Source: the human T2T-CHM13v2.0 reference genome, Homo sapiens. Taken from it: 64,000 nt of DNA. The first letter of the stretch is position 1, and each line of letters begins with the position of its first letter. A program made the position numbers and the translations under genes. This document shows positions 41,707 to 55,459 of the stretch, piece after piece. The DNA is taken from the NCBI RefSeq assembly GCF_009914755.1, contig NC_060932.1. One strand, 5' to 3'. The notes under the pieces are model-generated. The model saw only the letters and a list, made by a program, of their open reading frames with translations. It did no database searches and had not been told where the DNA came from.

Positions 41707-43817
41707 CCATCTTGGATTTATCATTTCACCTCACTTTCTGCCAATATGTTCTACTCCCTTGGCCCTTTATCCTTTAGTGCCCAGCTAAACCCTACAAATA
41801 TTTCACAGTGCAAACCAAAACATGCCTGGCAAATTACATACTGATTCTGGGACTCTCAGCTTTGCCTGGAGAGGAGTACTTGTTCCAGGAATGGCTGGAC
41901 AGAGCAGGAATTGTGTTCCTGGAGAAGTACTCCCATCCCCATGCTGCTCATCCTTTATGCAGGGACTTTGAGATCACCCAATCAATTAACAACATAGGGA
42001 GCTCTTGTGGTTGTGAAAGTGCCATTGATAGTAGATCTGGCAGCTGGTTTGCAATTGCTTAGGAGAACCTCATGCTACTGCTGATAGCTCCTGAAAGACT
42101 TTGCAGTAAGTTGAAATTCTACAGAGTCCCTCCCAAGTGGGGTTGAGAGCGGCTCTAGTCTCAGTTAACTTGTTGCCAGGCAACCCAAGTGACTCAACAG
42201 ACAATTTGGTTTTATCACTTTTTGCTTTCACTGCAAATGGCTAGCAAATCCACATTCTTGGATGAATACATGCATCTTCTCCATGACTGCAGTAGACATC
42301 TGAATTCTGTTGTAGAAAAAAAGAAAAGAAAGGAAGAAAAGGGTGTAACCTAGAGTTAGGAATGTCACCTATTAGGCAATGCAGGTGATCCAGAATTGAG
42401 GCTATAAGAGCTTAGAATAAGGCAGTGGCAGTAGAAATGGACAGGGAGGCAGGCACACTATGGGTGACATAGGTGGGATATGGTAATTGATTACATAGGG
42501 TATGTCTTAGTCCATTTTGTATTGCTATAACACAACTGTACAAATCAATATTTATCATAAATTCTCAGATGTCAATCTGCATGATGTTGGCAGTGACTAC
42601 AAAGCCCATTAGGATTCCTAGTCCTCTCATATTCACCATTGGCATATGCCCCTTATCTAATGGACAAAAATAGGAAGCATAGAATAAAATCTAACAGTGC
42701 TCTGCACAAGCAGACGGCACATGGTCTCTCCTCCTTTCCCCTCCTTGTATCTGAAGTGAGCCTCCTCCTGTCAATGCCCCTCCACCTGGCACTATCCACT
42801 TTCCTCTCAGTTGCAGTAACTTCAAGTGCTCTATCAAGTTCTTCTAACCTCTTCAAATTAGTGATTAAATATGCTCAGGTGTTTTCCATGTTAAACAAGT
42901 GCCAAGAATTTAAGCTTTATTATCAAGGCTTCTGCTGAGCTTCAGAGTGGGAAATGGGACTTAAGTACATTAAACACCACAAAGTTTGCTGTTGTTGGCA
43001 AGATTTAGCTTTTTTCTTGAATAAGCTTTCCCTGGGTTGCTGCAAGCATTTGGTTATTTCCAGAGTCCCAAAAATGTTGATTCTTACACTTTTTGCCAGT
43101 TTTTTATTGCTTGCATGGAGAGTGGAATTTCAGTTTTCCTCCTTCACCATTTTTGTTGACATAACCTACTTTGTGCCTGAGCCCCTCCATCTACCATCCA
43201 AACTCTGTCCTCTTCAATCATAATTTGATTATTTGAGATACCATTGTAAGGAACATGGCTGTGCTTTGGTCAAAGATAGGCCAAGGTAAACATCCAGAGT
43301 GACTCAGTGAGTTTAGAGCACAGGTGTATAACTCCATTTGTTATCATAGCCATGTAGACATAACATAGGGAATCTCACCACCATAGCCATAACATAGGGA
43401 AGGCTCATCACCTCTAAGCCACTATTGCCTGTAAAAGGTATAATTGCCCTGTTGACACTATACAGGCACTGGCGCCCAGAGAAAGAGAGAGTCAGAGCTG
43501 TCCATCTTTGCAGACAGACAGAGGGGAGCCAGAACACAGCTCAGCTCGCTCATGCCCAGAGAGAGAGTTAAGCTGCTGACCCTGAAGGCAGGGGAGAGCC
43601 AGCTGTGTAGCTCTATGTGGGAGCTGCTTGCTCAAGCAGCCAAGACAGGGCAGACAGTGTGAGAAAGCTGTTGACGAGAGTTGCTGCTGATGAATAAAAT
43701 CATCTTTCACCTGCCTACAGCCCCCTGAGTTCTTTCTGCTCATCCACCCACTCCCTTCGGACCTCAACATGACATTTGGCGTAGTCGTGAGCTTGACAAC
43801 TAGCGTAGTTGGCAGAA

Positions 43818-45240
43818 TGAGGCAAGTGGGTCTTCAGCCTTTGGGGATACCGGGGTTGGCTTTGTGGCGGCAGCATGGGCTGTGATACCCGGTGGCAGTA
43901 GTGCTGCTTGGATGAGCCCCAGTGGAAACATGGGAACCAGAGGACAGGTCTCCTTCGAGGGTGGAGAAAGCACGGAAGCAGCTGGAAGCTCAGCACAGAG
44001 AAAGAACGTACCTTTGCAAGCAGAGTCGGATGGGCATTTCTAACTGCACTGCAGGAAGTACATGCTCAGTGCCACAGGTAAGGGACCTTCCGGAGCAAGC
44101 CGCATGCCTGGGGGCCCAAGTGCACAGCTTTGAGCAGGACCTGGGGGTGAGAGACCTCCAGGCGCAAGCAGGGTACTTGGAGGCCCAGATAAACAGCCTG
44201 GAACAGGAGTTAGCAAGAGCTGTTAGTGCGACCTTGAGCCGGTCCTTCAGGCAGGACACTCCCTTTAGGTCTGATGCTGAGGAGGAGGAGGCTCCTCCGC
44301 TGCAGGCTCCTCCTGTGATCCGTCAGAAGGTAGAACATAAGCAGCTGATGGGACCCTAGGGGAAAGCCCAGGGACCCCGTCCACAGTGGTGGAACACGCC
44401 TCTTATTATGCTTATAACCCCAGTGAGTTGTGGGAATTAGGTAAATAGTGCCGGCAGCGTCTGAGGGAGCTGATAGCATTTTTTGTTCCGCCTCTGAGAT
44501 GGAGAAGCTGACTTCTATCACAACTCACCCCTCCCTTCGTCAGCAGCTGCAGCTGTGCCAACGGTTGGCACAAGAGCAAGGTGGCCACACATTAATCAAG
44601 TGGCTAATGACAGTCATATGGACTGTTTTCAATGATGCCAGAGAGATACTACAAACTGTGAGTAAATGGCAATCACATACTAATTTGGTGCAGATACTCT
44701 TGGAGATAGGTATGCGGCAGGCTATGTTTGGTCTGATTACCATGGGGCCAGATGATGAACGCTTTACCTCCCACATGAGGGATCTTGTGCTGAGTTCAGC
44801 ACCCCGAACCCTTATGGCTTTCTAGCCGCTGTTCTCACCCAGTATGTGGGGTGCCGCATACATGAAGTGACTACTGCTCTGGCAGCCCTCAGGGAGGCAG
44901 AAGGCCATTCGCAGGACCGGAGAATCCGCACCGTAAGGAGGGAGAAAATGCCTCATCCGCAGTTAACCACCCCACCAGATAAAAAGGGGCTCCAGGAGGT
45001 GACCTGCATGCAGATGTGGATTGATTTACTTGCAGCTGGGGTTGCTCGGGAGAAAATTGACGGGCAACCCAATGGAATGTTGTTGACTCTGTGAAGGCAA
45101 TTGTCCCGGGAGCAGCAATTCCAGAAAATGCCTAAGGTGTGGGGGGCAAAACAATGTTGTTCAACCTAATCCCTCCCAGACGCTGCAACTCAAGGACTAT
45201 TTGCAGACAGGCAGAGATACAGAGCCTTTCTTGTTTGATT
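43818..45240 (+). pseudogene. gag: HERV-S gag, disrupted
   Basis: Fragments at 43922-44359, 44448-44825 and 44846-45094 (MWIDLLAAGVAREKIDGQP, similar to the ERV-L/S gag C-terminus). Confidence 0.7.
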
Positions 45241-45249
45241 AGGGAACTG

Positions 45250-47424
45250 GCCGAGGTCGCCAGCTTGGCAGGGGGAACTAGACAACCAGAGGCTATATGT
45301 GGAGCTGGCAATCCACTGGTCCCCCACTAATGTACCGCGGGTCCTAGCACTGATAGATACTGGTGCAGACTGCAGTCTAGTTTATGGGAACCCAGATAAA
45401 TTTCTAGGCAAAGCTGCATTTATGGACGGTTATGGGAGCCAGTCGGTGAAGGTGAAGCCTGTGTCTCTGCATCTTGGCATTGGCCGCTTGGCTCCCCACC
45501 TGTACACTGTGTATGTTTCTCCTATACCTGAATATATTCTGGGGGTGGACATTTTGCATGGTCTGGGCTTGCACACCACGGCCAGAGAATCCAGATTCTG
45601 AGTCCATGCAGTAAAGCCAGTACTGGGTGAACATACACATCACCAGCCCCAAGTTCTGCCACAACCCTGACAGGTTACTTCCACTCATCAGTACCGTTTG
45701 CCAGGGGGGAATACAGAGGTAACTGAGACTATTAAGAAGTTAGAGGAGGTGCAAATAGTGTGTGGCATCCATAGCCCCTACCATTTTCCATTATGGCCAG
45801 TCAGAAAGCCTGATGGGATTTGGCAGATAACAGTGGATTATCGGAAACTGAATAAAGTAATACTCCTTCTGCATGTATCTGTACCTTCTATCATGGATTT
45901 GATGAACTTCTTGACAACAGAACTGAGACAATGCCACTATGTGGTGGAATTGACCAATGCATTCCTCTCAGTCGACATTGTTCCAGAGAGGCAGGAACAG
46001 TTTGCTTTCATGGGAGGGTGACAATGGACTTTCACAGTGTTGCTGCAGGGCTATATTCATAGCCCCACCACGTGTCATTATTTTATTAATGATGTCATGT
46101 TAACCTCTGATTCTCCTGCAGATTTAGAAGTGGCAATGTTCTTCTTGCCTGGGATTGGGATGATGCTCCTGAGACAGTCTTTCTGGTAGCCTAGCGGGCT
46201 ATTTAGCAGGCACAAGCCATACGGGTAGTGGACCAGAGGTGCCCATTTAAACTAGATGTGCCTGTGACAACAGAGTTTCAGTTAGGGCCTATAGCAGTGC
46301 ATAGAGCACCTGAGTATGCCAATAGGCTTTTGTTCCCAGCTGTGGAAGGGAGCTGAGCCCCAGTATTCCTTGATAGAGAAGCAGTTAGTAATTGTGAGAT
46401 TGGGCATTCATGGGAAACAACCCCCTGGATAGGGAAGGCACAGACATCCACTTTAGCGAAGTGGGGCACCTACTTAGAGCAGCAGAGTACACTGAGTACT
46501 GGTCTCTTAGGAGTAAAATTACAATAGGTCTTGAAGCCTATAGTCCTAATGCAAGATAAAGTCATGGGGTCTGAGGCACCTCTAGACCCTGAGCCTTTAC
46601 CATAAGGAAGGGCATCCTCCCATTCCTAATGAGGCATAGTATACAGGTAGGTATAGCCAGAGTACTGCTGCTGCCTGGATTGCTGCTACAGTCCAGCCTA
46701 GTACTGACACAATATGGTTTAAAACCAGGTGTAAATAAAGTAGCTAATAAGTTGAACTCAAGGCAATATGGACTGTGATCACCAAGGAGATGACACCTGT
46801 GGTAATCTGTACTAGTAGCTAGGCAATTTATCAAGGCTTAACTTTGTGGTTAATTACCTAGAAGTTACAGAATTAGCTAGTTAGTCATCGACCCATGTAG
46901 GGCAAGGCCATGTGGCCAGATCTATGAGAGGAAGAACAACCTTCTCCAACCAGGTACAGGGTTGAACAGTAATCTGTTATTGCCTGCCCCAGTACCCCTA
47001 AAGGCAGGGGAACAGAAAAACCTGGTGTTAGCCATGGACCCTCCAAGCACCTCATTGCAGATGGTTGGCTATCATAGCCCCCTGGGGGGAGGGGCTGCAG
47101 TATAACTTACATGTTACTCCTTGGGTATTTAATGTGTGGCCTCCACAATTAACCATGCATAGGGGAACGGCCAGGGAAGAGACTCTCCTCCAGAGGGCAT
47201 GTGTACTCTCTGTGTGGCTTAGCATAAGCTCCCCTGTGTGTTTGGCATGGGTACAGCACCCAAAAGGACCACAGGGAGCTGATAAGGTGTGGTATCATCA
47301 CCCAGGGCAAATGCCCTTGGTGGCTGCACTGTTATCGAGAGGTGAAAAGTTGGCCTGTATTTTGCCTGAGGGACATGATTTACCCCTGTTAGTACCTGTG
47401 CTTGCTTTGTCATTCCAGCCATAG
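45250..47424 (+). pseudogene. pol: HERV-S pro-pol, heavily deleted
   Basis: Protease ALIDTGADCS and YILGVDIL; RT WPVRKPDGIWQITVDYRKLN and LTNAF. The region is only about 2.2 kb. Confidence 0.8.
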
Positions 47425-48570
47425 GTGGCATGCTCCAACAGCATCATGTTCTGGGCCCACACCTACACTGAGGTGACCAATGTCTTCAACTGTTGTATCT
47501 GCACCACCCTTTCAGCAGCAGCTGCAGGCAGCTTGCCCTGGAACGTGCATCCAGCTTCTGTGCAGAACTGGACATGGCTAGAGACTTGGTGTTCAATAGA
47601 CAATGCAATGGTGGGCTTTGGATAGGGGGACGTCCCAAAACCCATGGCAAGCCTGCCACTGGCTGACTTATAGTGTCCATGATGGATGGGGCTGGCTAAC
47701 GGGAAAACATGTGGTGCCCCCATTGCAGGTACCATGATGTATAGGGGAGCACTGGGGTAAAGTCACTGAGGGATTATTGCTGAGGTTTGTGCAAACATAA
47801 CACATGCCGCGAAACCAAGGGTGTGGTGGAATAAGTTGCCTTACCAAGGCTGGACCTTCATGGACTTTATGCCCCCAGGGAGTTTATGGGTCTGTGGGGA
47901 CACAGGATGGCCATATCTACCAGCCAATTGGACTGGACGTTGTACCTGGGGGTGGCTTTCTGTGCCTGCCACTGTGTTTCCCACATTGCCTAGTCATCCA
48001 CCTAACTGGAAGGTGCTATGTTCCTGGTTTTTACGAGTTCAGCAAGCCCCCTAGTGACTCTACCCCTAAGCGATAACTATCCCTAGAGCAGGTGTCGCTA
48101 CTGTAGAAATGCAAGTTACAGCCCTTGCAGAGCACACAGTTTGGGCCCTGAATTACACCCGAGTTGCTCTCCTTTTTGTTAACTGATGAAGTCAATCAGA
48201 TCAGGAAGTTGGTTCTGCAAAACCGGATGGCCTTAGACATGGTCAGAGCTGCCCAATGTGGCAGCTGTGCCCTTGTAGAGACACAATGTTGTACATTTAT
48301 TCCTGACAACCACCAGAACATAACAGCAGCCTTATAAGGGGTGTCACAGGATATTAAGGTGATTGAGTGCCTTACTGATGACCCCCTGCAGAGACGGTGG
48401 GCTTCTCTAGGCTCTGGCCTATGTTGGGCTCTAATAATCACAGGTAGCATAACAGGAACGTTAGTGGTAGTCTGTTGTTCCCTGTATTGTTGCTGTGGCC
48501 TATGGGTCCAAGGTGCTGCCCTATGTGCATGGGTCCCCACTAAGGACTCCCTTAGCCTAGGGGATAGAAT
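47425..48570 (+). pseudogene. env: HERV-S env relic (gamma-type TM)
   Basis: CCIC motif, WPYLPANWTGRCTWG, ISD LQNRMALD at about 48215 followed by CALVETQCC (CX6CC) and a hydrophobic TM segment; stops and frameshifts. Confidence 0.8.
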
Positions 48571-49769
48571 GTAAGGCCTGTGTGCCAAACCTGTTTATCA
48601 AGCCTATGTGCCCCAAACTTATGTATAAAGCCCATGCCTGTGTATATTGAGTCTATGTACCCAAAGTTTATGCATATAACCTGTGTATCAAGCCCTACGT
48701 CTCCCTCAGCCCAGGGGGTGGAGTGTAAGGAACAAGGCTGTGCTTTGGTCAAGGGTAGGCCGAGGTAAACATCCAGAGTGACTCAATGAATTTAGAGCGC
48801 AGGTGTACAACTCCACTTGTTATCACAGCCATGTAGACTTAACATAGAGAAGCTCACCACCATAGCCATAACATAAGAAAGGCTCATCACCTGGCTCTAA
48901 GCCACTACTGTCTGTGAAAGGTATAATTGCCCTGTTGACACTGTATAGGTGCTGGCACCCAGAGAAAGAGAGAGTGAGTCAGAGCTGTCCATCTTTGCAG
49001 ATGGACCAAGGGCAGCCAGAACATAGCTCAGCTCACTCATGCCCAGGGAGAGAAAGAGTTAAGCTGCTGACCCTGAAAGCAGGGGAGAGCCAGCTGCGCA
49101 GCTGTATGTGGGAGCCACTGGCTCAAGCAACCAAGACAGGGCAGACAGTGTGAGAAAGCTGTTGATGACAGTTGCTGCTGAATAAAATCATCTTTCACCT
49201 GTCTACGGGCCCTTGAGTTCTTTCTGCTCATCCACCCACTCCCTTCGGACCTCAACATGACATTTGGCATAGTCGTGAACCTGACAACTCTTCACATTCA
49301 CTGTCACCCTTGCTTACCTCTCTCTCCATCCTCAAGCCTCTGCCATCTGGCTCCCACTCTCACCACTCCACTGAAACTTCTCTTTCTAAAGTCACCAATG
49401 ACCTCATGTCCAAAACACATCACTTGACCATTTTCTAGTTTTAAAAACACTCTTTATTTTGTGCTTCTGTGATGCCACTCTCCAAATACTCAGCTCTTAA
49501 CACATAGTAGTCTCTAGCACATAGTAGGGACTCAAAAATATATGTTGAATGAATGAATGAATAAAAGAATTGCTTCACTTATCTTTTTGCCACTCTCACT
49601 GTGCTGTAGATGCCTCTTTCTTGGTCCATCTCTTTGCCGCCTGTGGTTGCTCCTCAAGATGCAGTGACAGGCAATCTTCTCTTCTTATTTTACACTGTAT
49701 ACCTAGATGCCCTTACCCATTTGCAAGCCTTCATTTGTCCTCTGTGGGCAAACTCAAGACATCAAAACC

Positions 49770-50113
49770 TAAATCATGGAATGAATAGATGGATCCCAGA
49801 GGATTTTAAGAGCAGTGAAACTACTCTGCATGATACTACAAGGGTGGACACATGTTATTATAAACATACCCAAATCCATAGCATGTACAAAATCAAGACT
49901 GAACCCTAACATAAACCATAAACCTTGGGTGATGGTGATGTGTCAGTGTAAGTTCATGGATCGTAACAAATGCACTAGTCTGGTGGGGTATGTTGAGGGA
50001 AGGTGAGGCATGTGCAGAAACTAGAGATATACGGGAAAATTCCATATCTTATGCTCAATATTGCTATGAACCTAAAACTGCTCTAGAAAATCAAATCCAT
50101 TGAAAAAAAAAAA
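49770..50113 (+). mobile_element. Old L1 (L1MC-like) 3' end
   Basis: GCAGTGAAACTACTCTGCATGATACT...GAACCTAAAACTGCTCTA followed by an A-tail. Confidence 0.75.
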
Positions 50114-51759
50114 CACTAAATCACCATCTTCCCCAATAAATACTAAAACCACTCACCAGGCTTCTTAGCCAGAAGCCTAGGAGCCACTCTCAATTGATAT
50201 CATTCTTTCCACTAATAATGTTTCTACCAATAACACTGGTAGGAATGTTATTAAAGAAATCAATATTATTGGTAGAGAAGATACATGCATGTATTGGCCA
50301 TCTACTAAAGTTTGTATAGTATAGACTAACTTCCCTAGGGAACTCCAGAAAGGTAAAACAAAAAGCAAGTGAAATTGCAAACTCCCACTGGAGCCAACTA
50401 GAAGAAAAAAAGTAAACTGGATTCAGATTGGAGACATTTCAGACACTGGCTGACTGGGCACAAAAGTGGCTTGTATGCCGCAGGATTAAAGATGAATCTT
50501 ACATTAAGAGAGAAAAGGCATTTTGGCCTTTGTTATCAGGAGAAAACTCACTGCCCTCTGTGAGAGCTTCTCTAGGTAGAGGATGATGAACCCTTGCTAG
50601 ATATGTTGCCTTTGCAATACTGGACAGAGCCTGGACACTGAATATAGACTAAAGTCTACAATGAGACCAACACAGATCCCTGCTAACAGGGATGTTGTGG
50701 AAAAGCAGGCTCTATAAAATTTTATATTAAGAGAAATGCAATGAATCAAAATGATGTTAGTAACTTTCACTAAAATATTGCATACTGACATTATATCTCT
50801 TGAAGCTATATTTCTCTGTCAATTTTTATGTTCTATATAATCTATGGCCAAATTGTATTGTTTAAAATGGAAAAAAAAACATATATGTTCCGCCTTCTTA
50901 ACTGCCAGCTTCTTATATAAGACATTTATTTTTCAGGAAAAAAAATCTCAAATGTGCTCTAGCAGTTACCTAGGAGACAAGAAAGGACAGGACATGATTT
51001 GGACATATCTGAGACTCTAACCCCCAAAATTCTAACATTTCATACCTAAATAATTAGATGATGTATGCTATATCCTTTCTCTAAGTTCATTTCACATTTA
51101 AGAATCAGGTGTTTATTAAGATTTTAGAAGCTTCTGATCACCTTGTTTGGGTAGATTTAAAAAAATAAAATGAAAAAAGTGTCAGTGGCCTCTTAATAAA
51201 TTAACTGACAAAAAATAAAGCAGGAAAATACTACACAAAACAAAATGTTAATATCTTCACCGGGATTGAATAAGATTTCATTAGAAATCCACTTTACATA
51301 TTCTTTACCTTCAAAGGTCATCCTATTGAATTCAAAAATTCTCTTGAAGTATCTTTTCCAGTCCTAACTCGATAGAGAAAGAAATGCAATCCCTGTGTAA
51401 TGGTAGAACATAAACCTCAAAGACTCCCTTCGCTTTTTTCTAAGTAACATGGACTGGCAAGTACAAGAATGGACTAAGAACAACAGGAGTTGAAGTATCC
51501 TAATTATCTGGGGGGTGTAGGTCGACCTAAACACACCTGTGCTCTTCTTCTCATCTAACCTTACCTAAGTCACTTACATGAGGACAGAAAATGAAGCCAA
51601 GTCATCACACTTCTCAAAGAATCCAAGAAGAATTATTGGAAAGGAACACCAACAGACCACCAAATCTAGTTTCTACTATCCGGCCACTACAGGACATGAC
51701 CAGGGAGTCTCTCTTTTTAGAATTCTCCAGAGAGAAATACCCATCAATTTCCCTCGGAA

Positions 51760-52189
51760 ACTTTCAGTTTCCTGAGTCACATATAACAAATTATGACACA
51801 GGTAGGAGCTTAAAACAACAGACATTTATTCTCATAGTTTTTGAGGCCAGAAACCCAAAACCCAGATGTCATCAGGACCATACTCCCTCTGGGGGCTCTG
51901 CAGAAAAATTCCTTGTCAAGCTTCCATAGTGGTGGACACAACACTCCAATCTCTGGCTCCTGCTCACGCTGCCTCCTTTGCCTCCGTGCATGTCATCTCC
52001 CTCTGCATCTCTCACAGATGCTTGTGATTGGATTTAGGGTCCCCCAAATAATCTAGGATAATCTCCCCATCTCAAGATTCTTAATCACATCTGCAAAGAC
52101 CCTTTCTGCCATATAAGGTAATACACACAGATTCCAGGAATTTGAATGTGGATATCTTTTAGGAGGAATGATTATTCAGCCTACCACAG
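51760..52189 (-). mobile_element. MaLR LTR (MLT1-like)
   Basis: CTTAAAACAACAGACATTTATTCTCATAG...ATTATTCAGCCTACCACA. Confidence 0.75.
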
Positions 52190-52817
52190 AAACCCATGAA
52201 GTTTGTTACACTCAACCCATATAAACTTTTGGATGAGTTTGAGACAACCTGATTTAGTAGTTGGGTGGTTTATTTATTCATTCAGTTAACTGATATCTAG
52301 CCTGCACTAACTGCGCCAGATATGCTAAGCCTGGGAATACAGCTGTGAAACAGACAAACATGGTCGTGGTTTGCAGAAAATGAATTTGAACTCAAACACT
52401 TGCAATGTCATGGAAGTTGCAAATGGCAGATCCATGGTGAAGGGTCTATTTATAATTGGGAAATGAAGTAATGTGGCTTTTTTTTAAATAATATGTCATA
52501 TTACTTCATTTCCCAATGAAGTAATCCCCATTTTCCCAATTAAAAATTCCACTGCTATTGAGAATGCCCAGAGGAAGGACTGGAAATGCCCAAGCAAGAC
52601 AGGTAGGCAAAGAGCTCCCATGCAATGTCAAAGGTACATACATACAACCCAAGCTGGATTTCTTTCTGTCATTCCACCCCATATCTCACTAGAATATCAT
52701 GCAGGGGAGAAGCTTAGGGCTAGGAGCTAGAAAAAACTGTCAGGGTCTCTCATCTTGCAGGCATCAGATCCTCTGCCTCATAGCCTGTATTTTGATAGGT
52801 TTCATTATTTTTTTCAG

Positions 52818-53330
52818 GTATGGTGAAGCCAACAGATCAGGGGACAACTACCATTGAAAAGATTGTGCATTAAACTCACAGATCCCAAGAGAGGGAACGT
52901 GCATCACACCACAGGGCCACATGGGGACTCCCCAGGGTCGCTGAGAAGGCGGTGGAAGAGGTCACTGTGGGCAAGAGCCTTTATTATGGTTTCCAAGGGA
53001 AGCAACGGGAGGTAGGGCAAACAAGCTCAGGATGGGCTAGTTTAAATAATTCCAGGGGCTATCTGGTATCTGGTATGGTGATAACGGCAGGGGGATGGTG
53101 GTTCAGAGTGTGAGAGCCAGATAAGGGAGGTGGTTGGGGGTGCAGACTCTGGATTAGGTGGTTTGCCTTTGAAAAGCACACTTCAGGAGAAGGACTCCTC
53201 TTGATGTGGAGGGTGGTGATGAGGGAGGCGGGAGGCCAAGACAACGTGACTCAGGCTGTCCAGAACAAGGCGTCGGGTATCATCACAGAGGCAGATGTTA
53301 AAGTATCAAGTTTATAGGTGCTACAGACAT
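52818..53330 (-). mobile_element. Old ERVL-type solo LTR (MER54-like)
   Basis: Recalled similarity only: CCATTGAAAAGAT...GGGCAAGAGCCTTTATT...GCTAGTTTAAATAATT...GTGTGAGAGCC. Family assignment tentative. Confidence 0.55.
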
Positions 53331-53614
53331 GGTTAAACACCACGCCTATCAGTTCAAAGGACCATGACATATATTCCTGAGAGGGCTTCAGCAATGTTAA
53401 CTGCTATACAAATTCACAATATGTGTGGTTGTAAGAAGGACAAGTACCCTGCTGGCCTGAGTGCAGCTGGTCCCACGTCCGTGTTTCCTTCTGAAATTGG
53501 AAGGGAGGCAGCCTATATCCTCACCATCGCATGATCTGCTTCTGGTCAGTGCACTCCCACTTTGTCAAAGTTGTCTTGGTAACAATATTTCACCATCTCA
53601 TGGGCTAACATTTA

Positions 53615-53895
53615 AATGATTATTATTACATAATTTCAACATTTATTTTAGATTCTGGGGGTACATGTGCAGGTTTGTTACATGGGTATATGGCATGATG
53701 CTGAAGTTTGGGAGTATAGATCCTGTCACCCAGGTACTGAGCAAAGTACCCAATAGTTAGTGTTTCAATGCATTCCCCCTCCCTCCTTCCCTGCTGTAGG
53801 AATCCCCAGTATCTGTTGTTGACAGCTTTACGTCCATGAGCACCCAGTTAGAACATGCAGCACTTTTCTGTTTCTGCGTTAGTTAGCTTAGGATT
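53615..53895 (-). mobile_element. Older primate L1 3'-end fragment
   Basis: Antisense GGGGGTACATGTGCAGGTTTGTTACATGGGTATA...GTTAGCTTAGGAT. Confidence 0.8.
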
Positions 53896-53949
53896 AAATA
53901 TATATAAATCCCCAAAGTAATGACATCTTATTTGACTGATTACATGGCT

Positions 53950-54274
<325 letters not shown>

Positions 54275-54855
54275 ATGGCTTTTGTTTTTAATGACGATTT
54301 GGTTTGGGGTATATTGTGAACAATATCCGTGCTCCCCTTCGTTCCAAGTTGACACAGTGCCAATGTGCACAACTCATTCCTCTTCTCTGCTAATTTGTCC
54401 TTTGGGTAATAGTGCTGTTTTTTAAGATGGTGATGTAAGTCAAAAGAAGAACCTCTCTCTGGTCTGCAGAGATAAAATAAGAAAGTGATCTGTAGCCCTG
54501 GATAATGCCAAGGAGAATATTTTTTAACATTGTTTAAAGTCCTGCTGCTGTGAAATGTCTCATGAACAGCATGATGTGAAAACTGACATCTGTCAACCCT
54601 TGGAAAGCTGACCCTGTGGAGCTCCCTTTACAGCTCAGCTGGCAGGTGTTAGAAAGGATAAATGGCACATGAAGAGAGCCTCCTCTTCAACAGAGACAGA
54701 AACATACTTTCCATTCCAACCACAGAAACATCAACCCTAATTTCTAAAGTGAAACAGCTCCAGCAAAACTCTAAACAGCTAAAGAAGGTATTATCCAATT
54801 TCCAATTGCTAGTCTCCAACCCCAGCTACTTACCACCCGGTTATACACATTCTTA

Positions 54856-55459
<604 letters not shown>

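Larger units (their letters stand above)
43245..49286 (+). mobile_element. HERV-S / HERVL18 (class III) provirus with LTR18-type LTRs at 43245-43798 and 48724-49286
   Basis: Paired LTRs TGTAAGGAACA...TGACA, a tRNA-Ser-type PBS (TAGCGTAGTTGGCAGAAT, 43801-43818), PPT AGGGGGTGGAG and gag, pro, pol and env relics. The TSD is degenerate (ACCAT/ACTCT). Confidence 0.85.
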
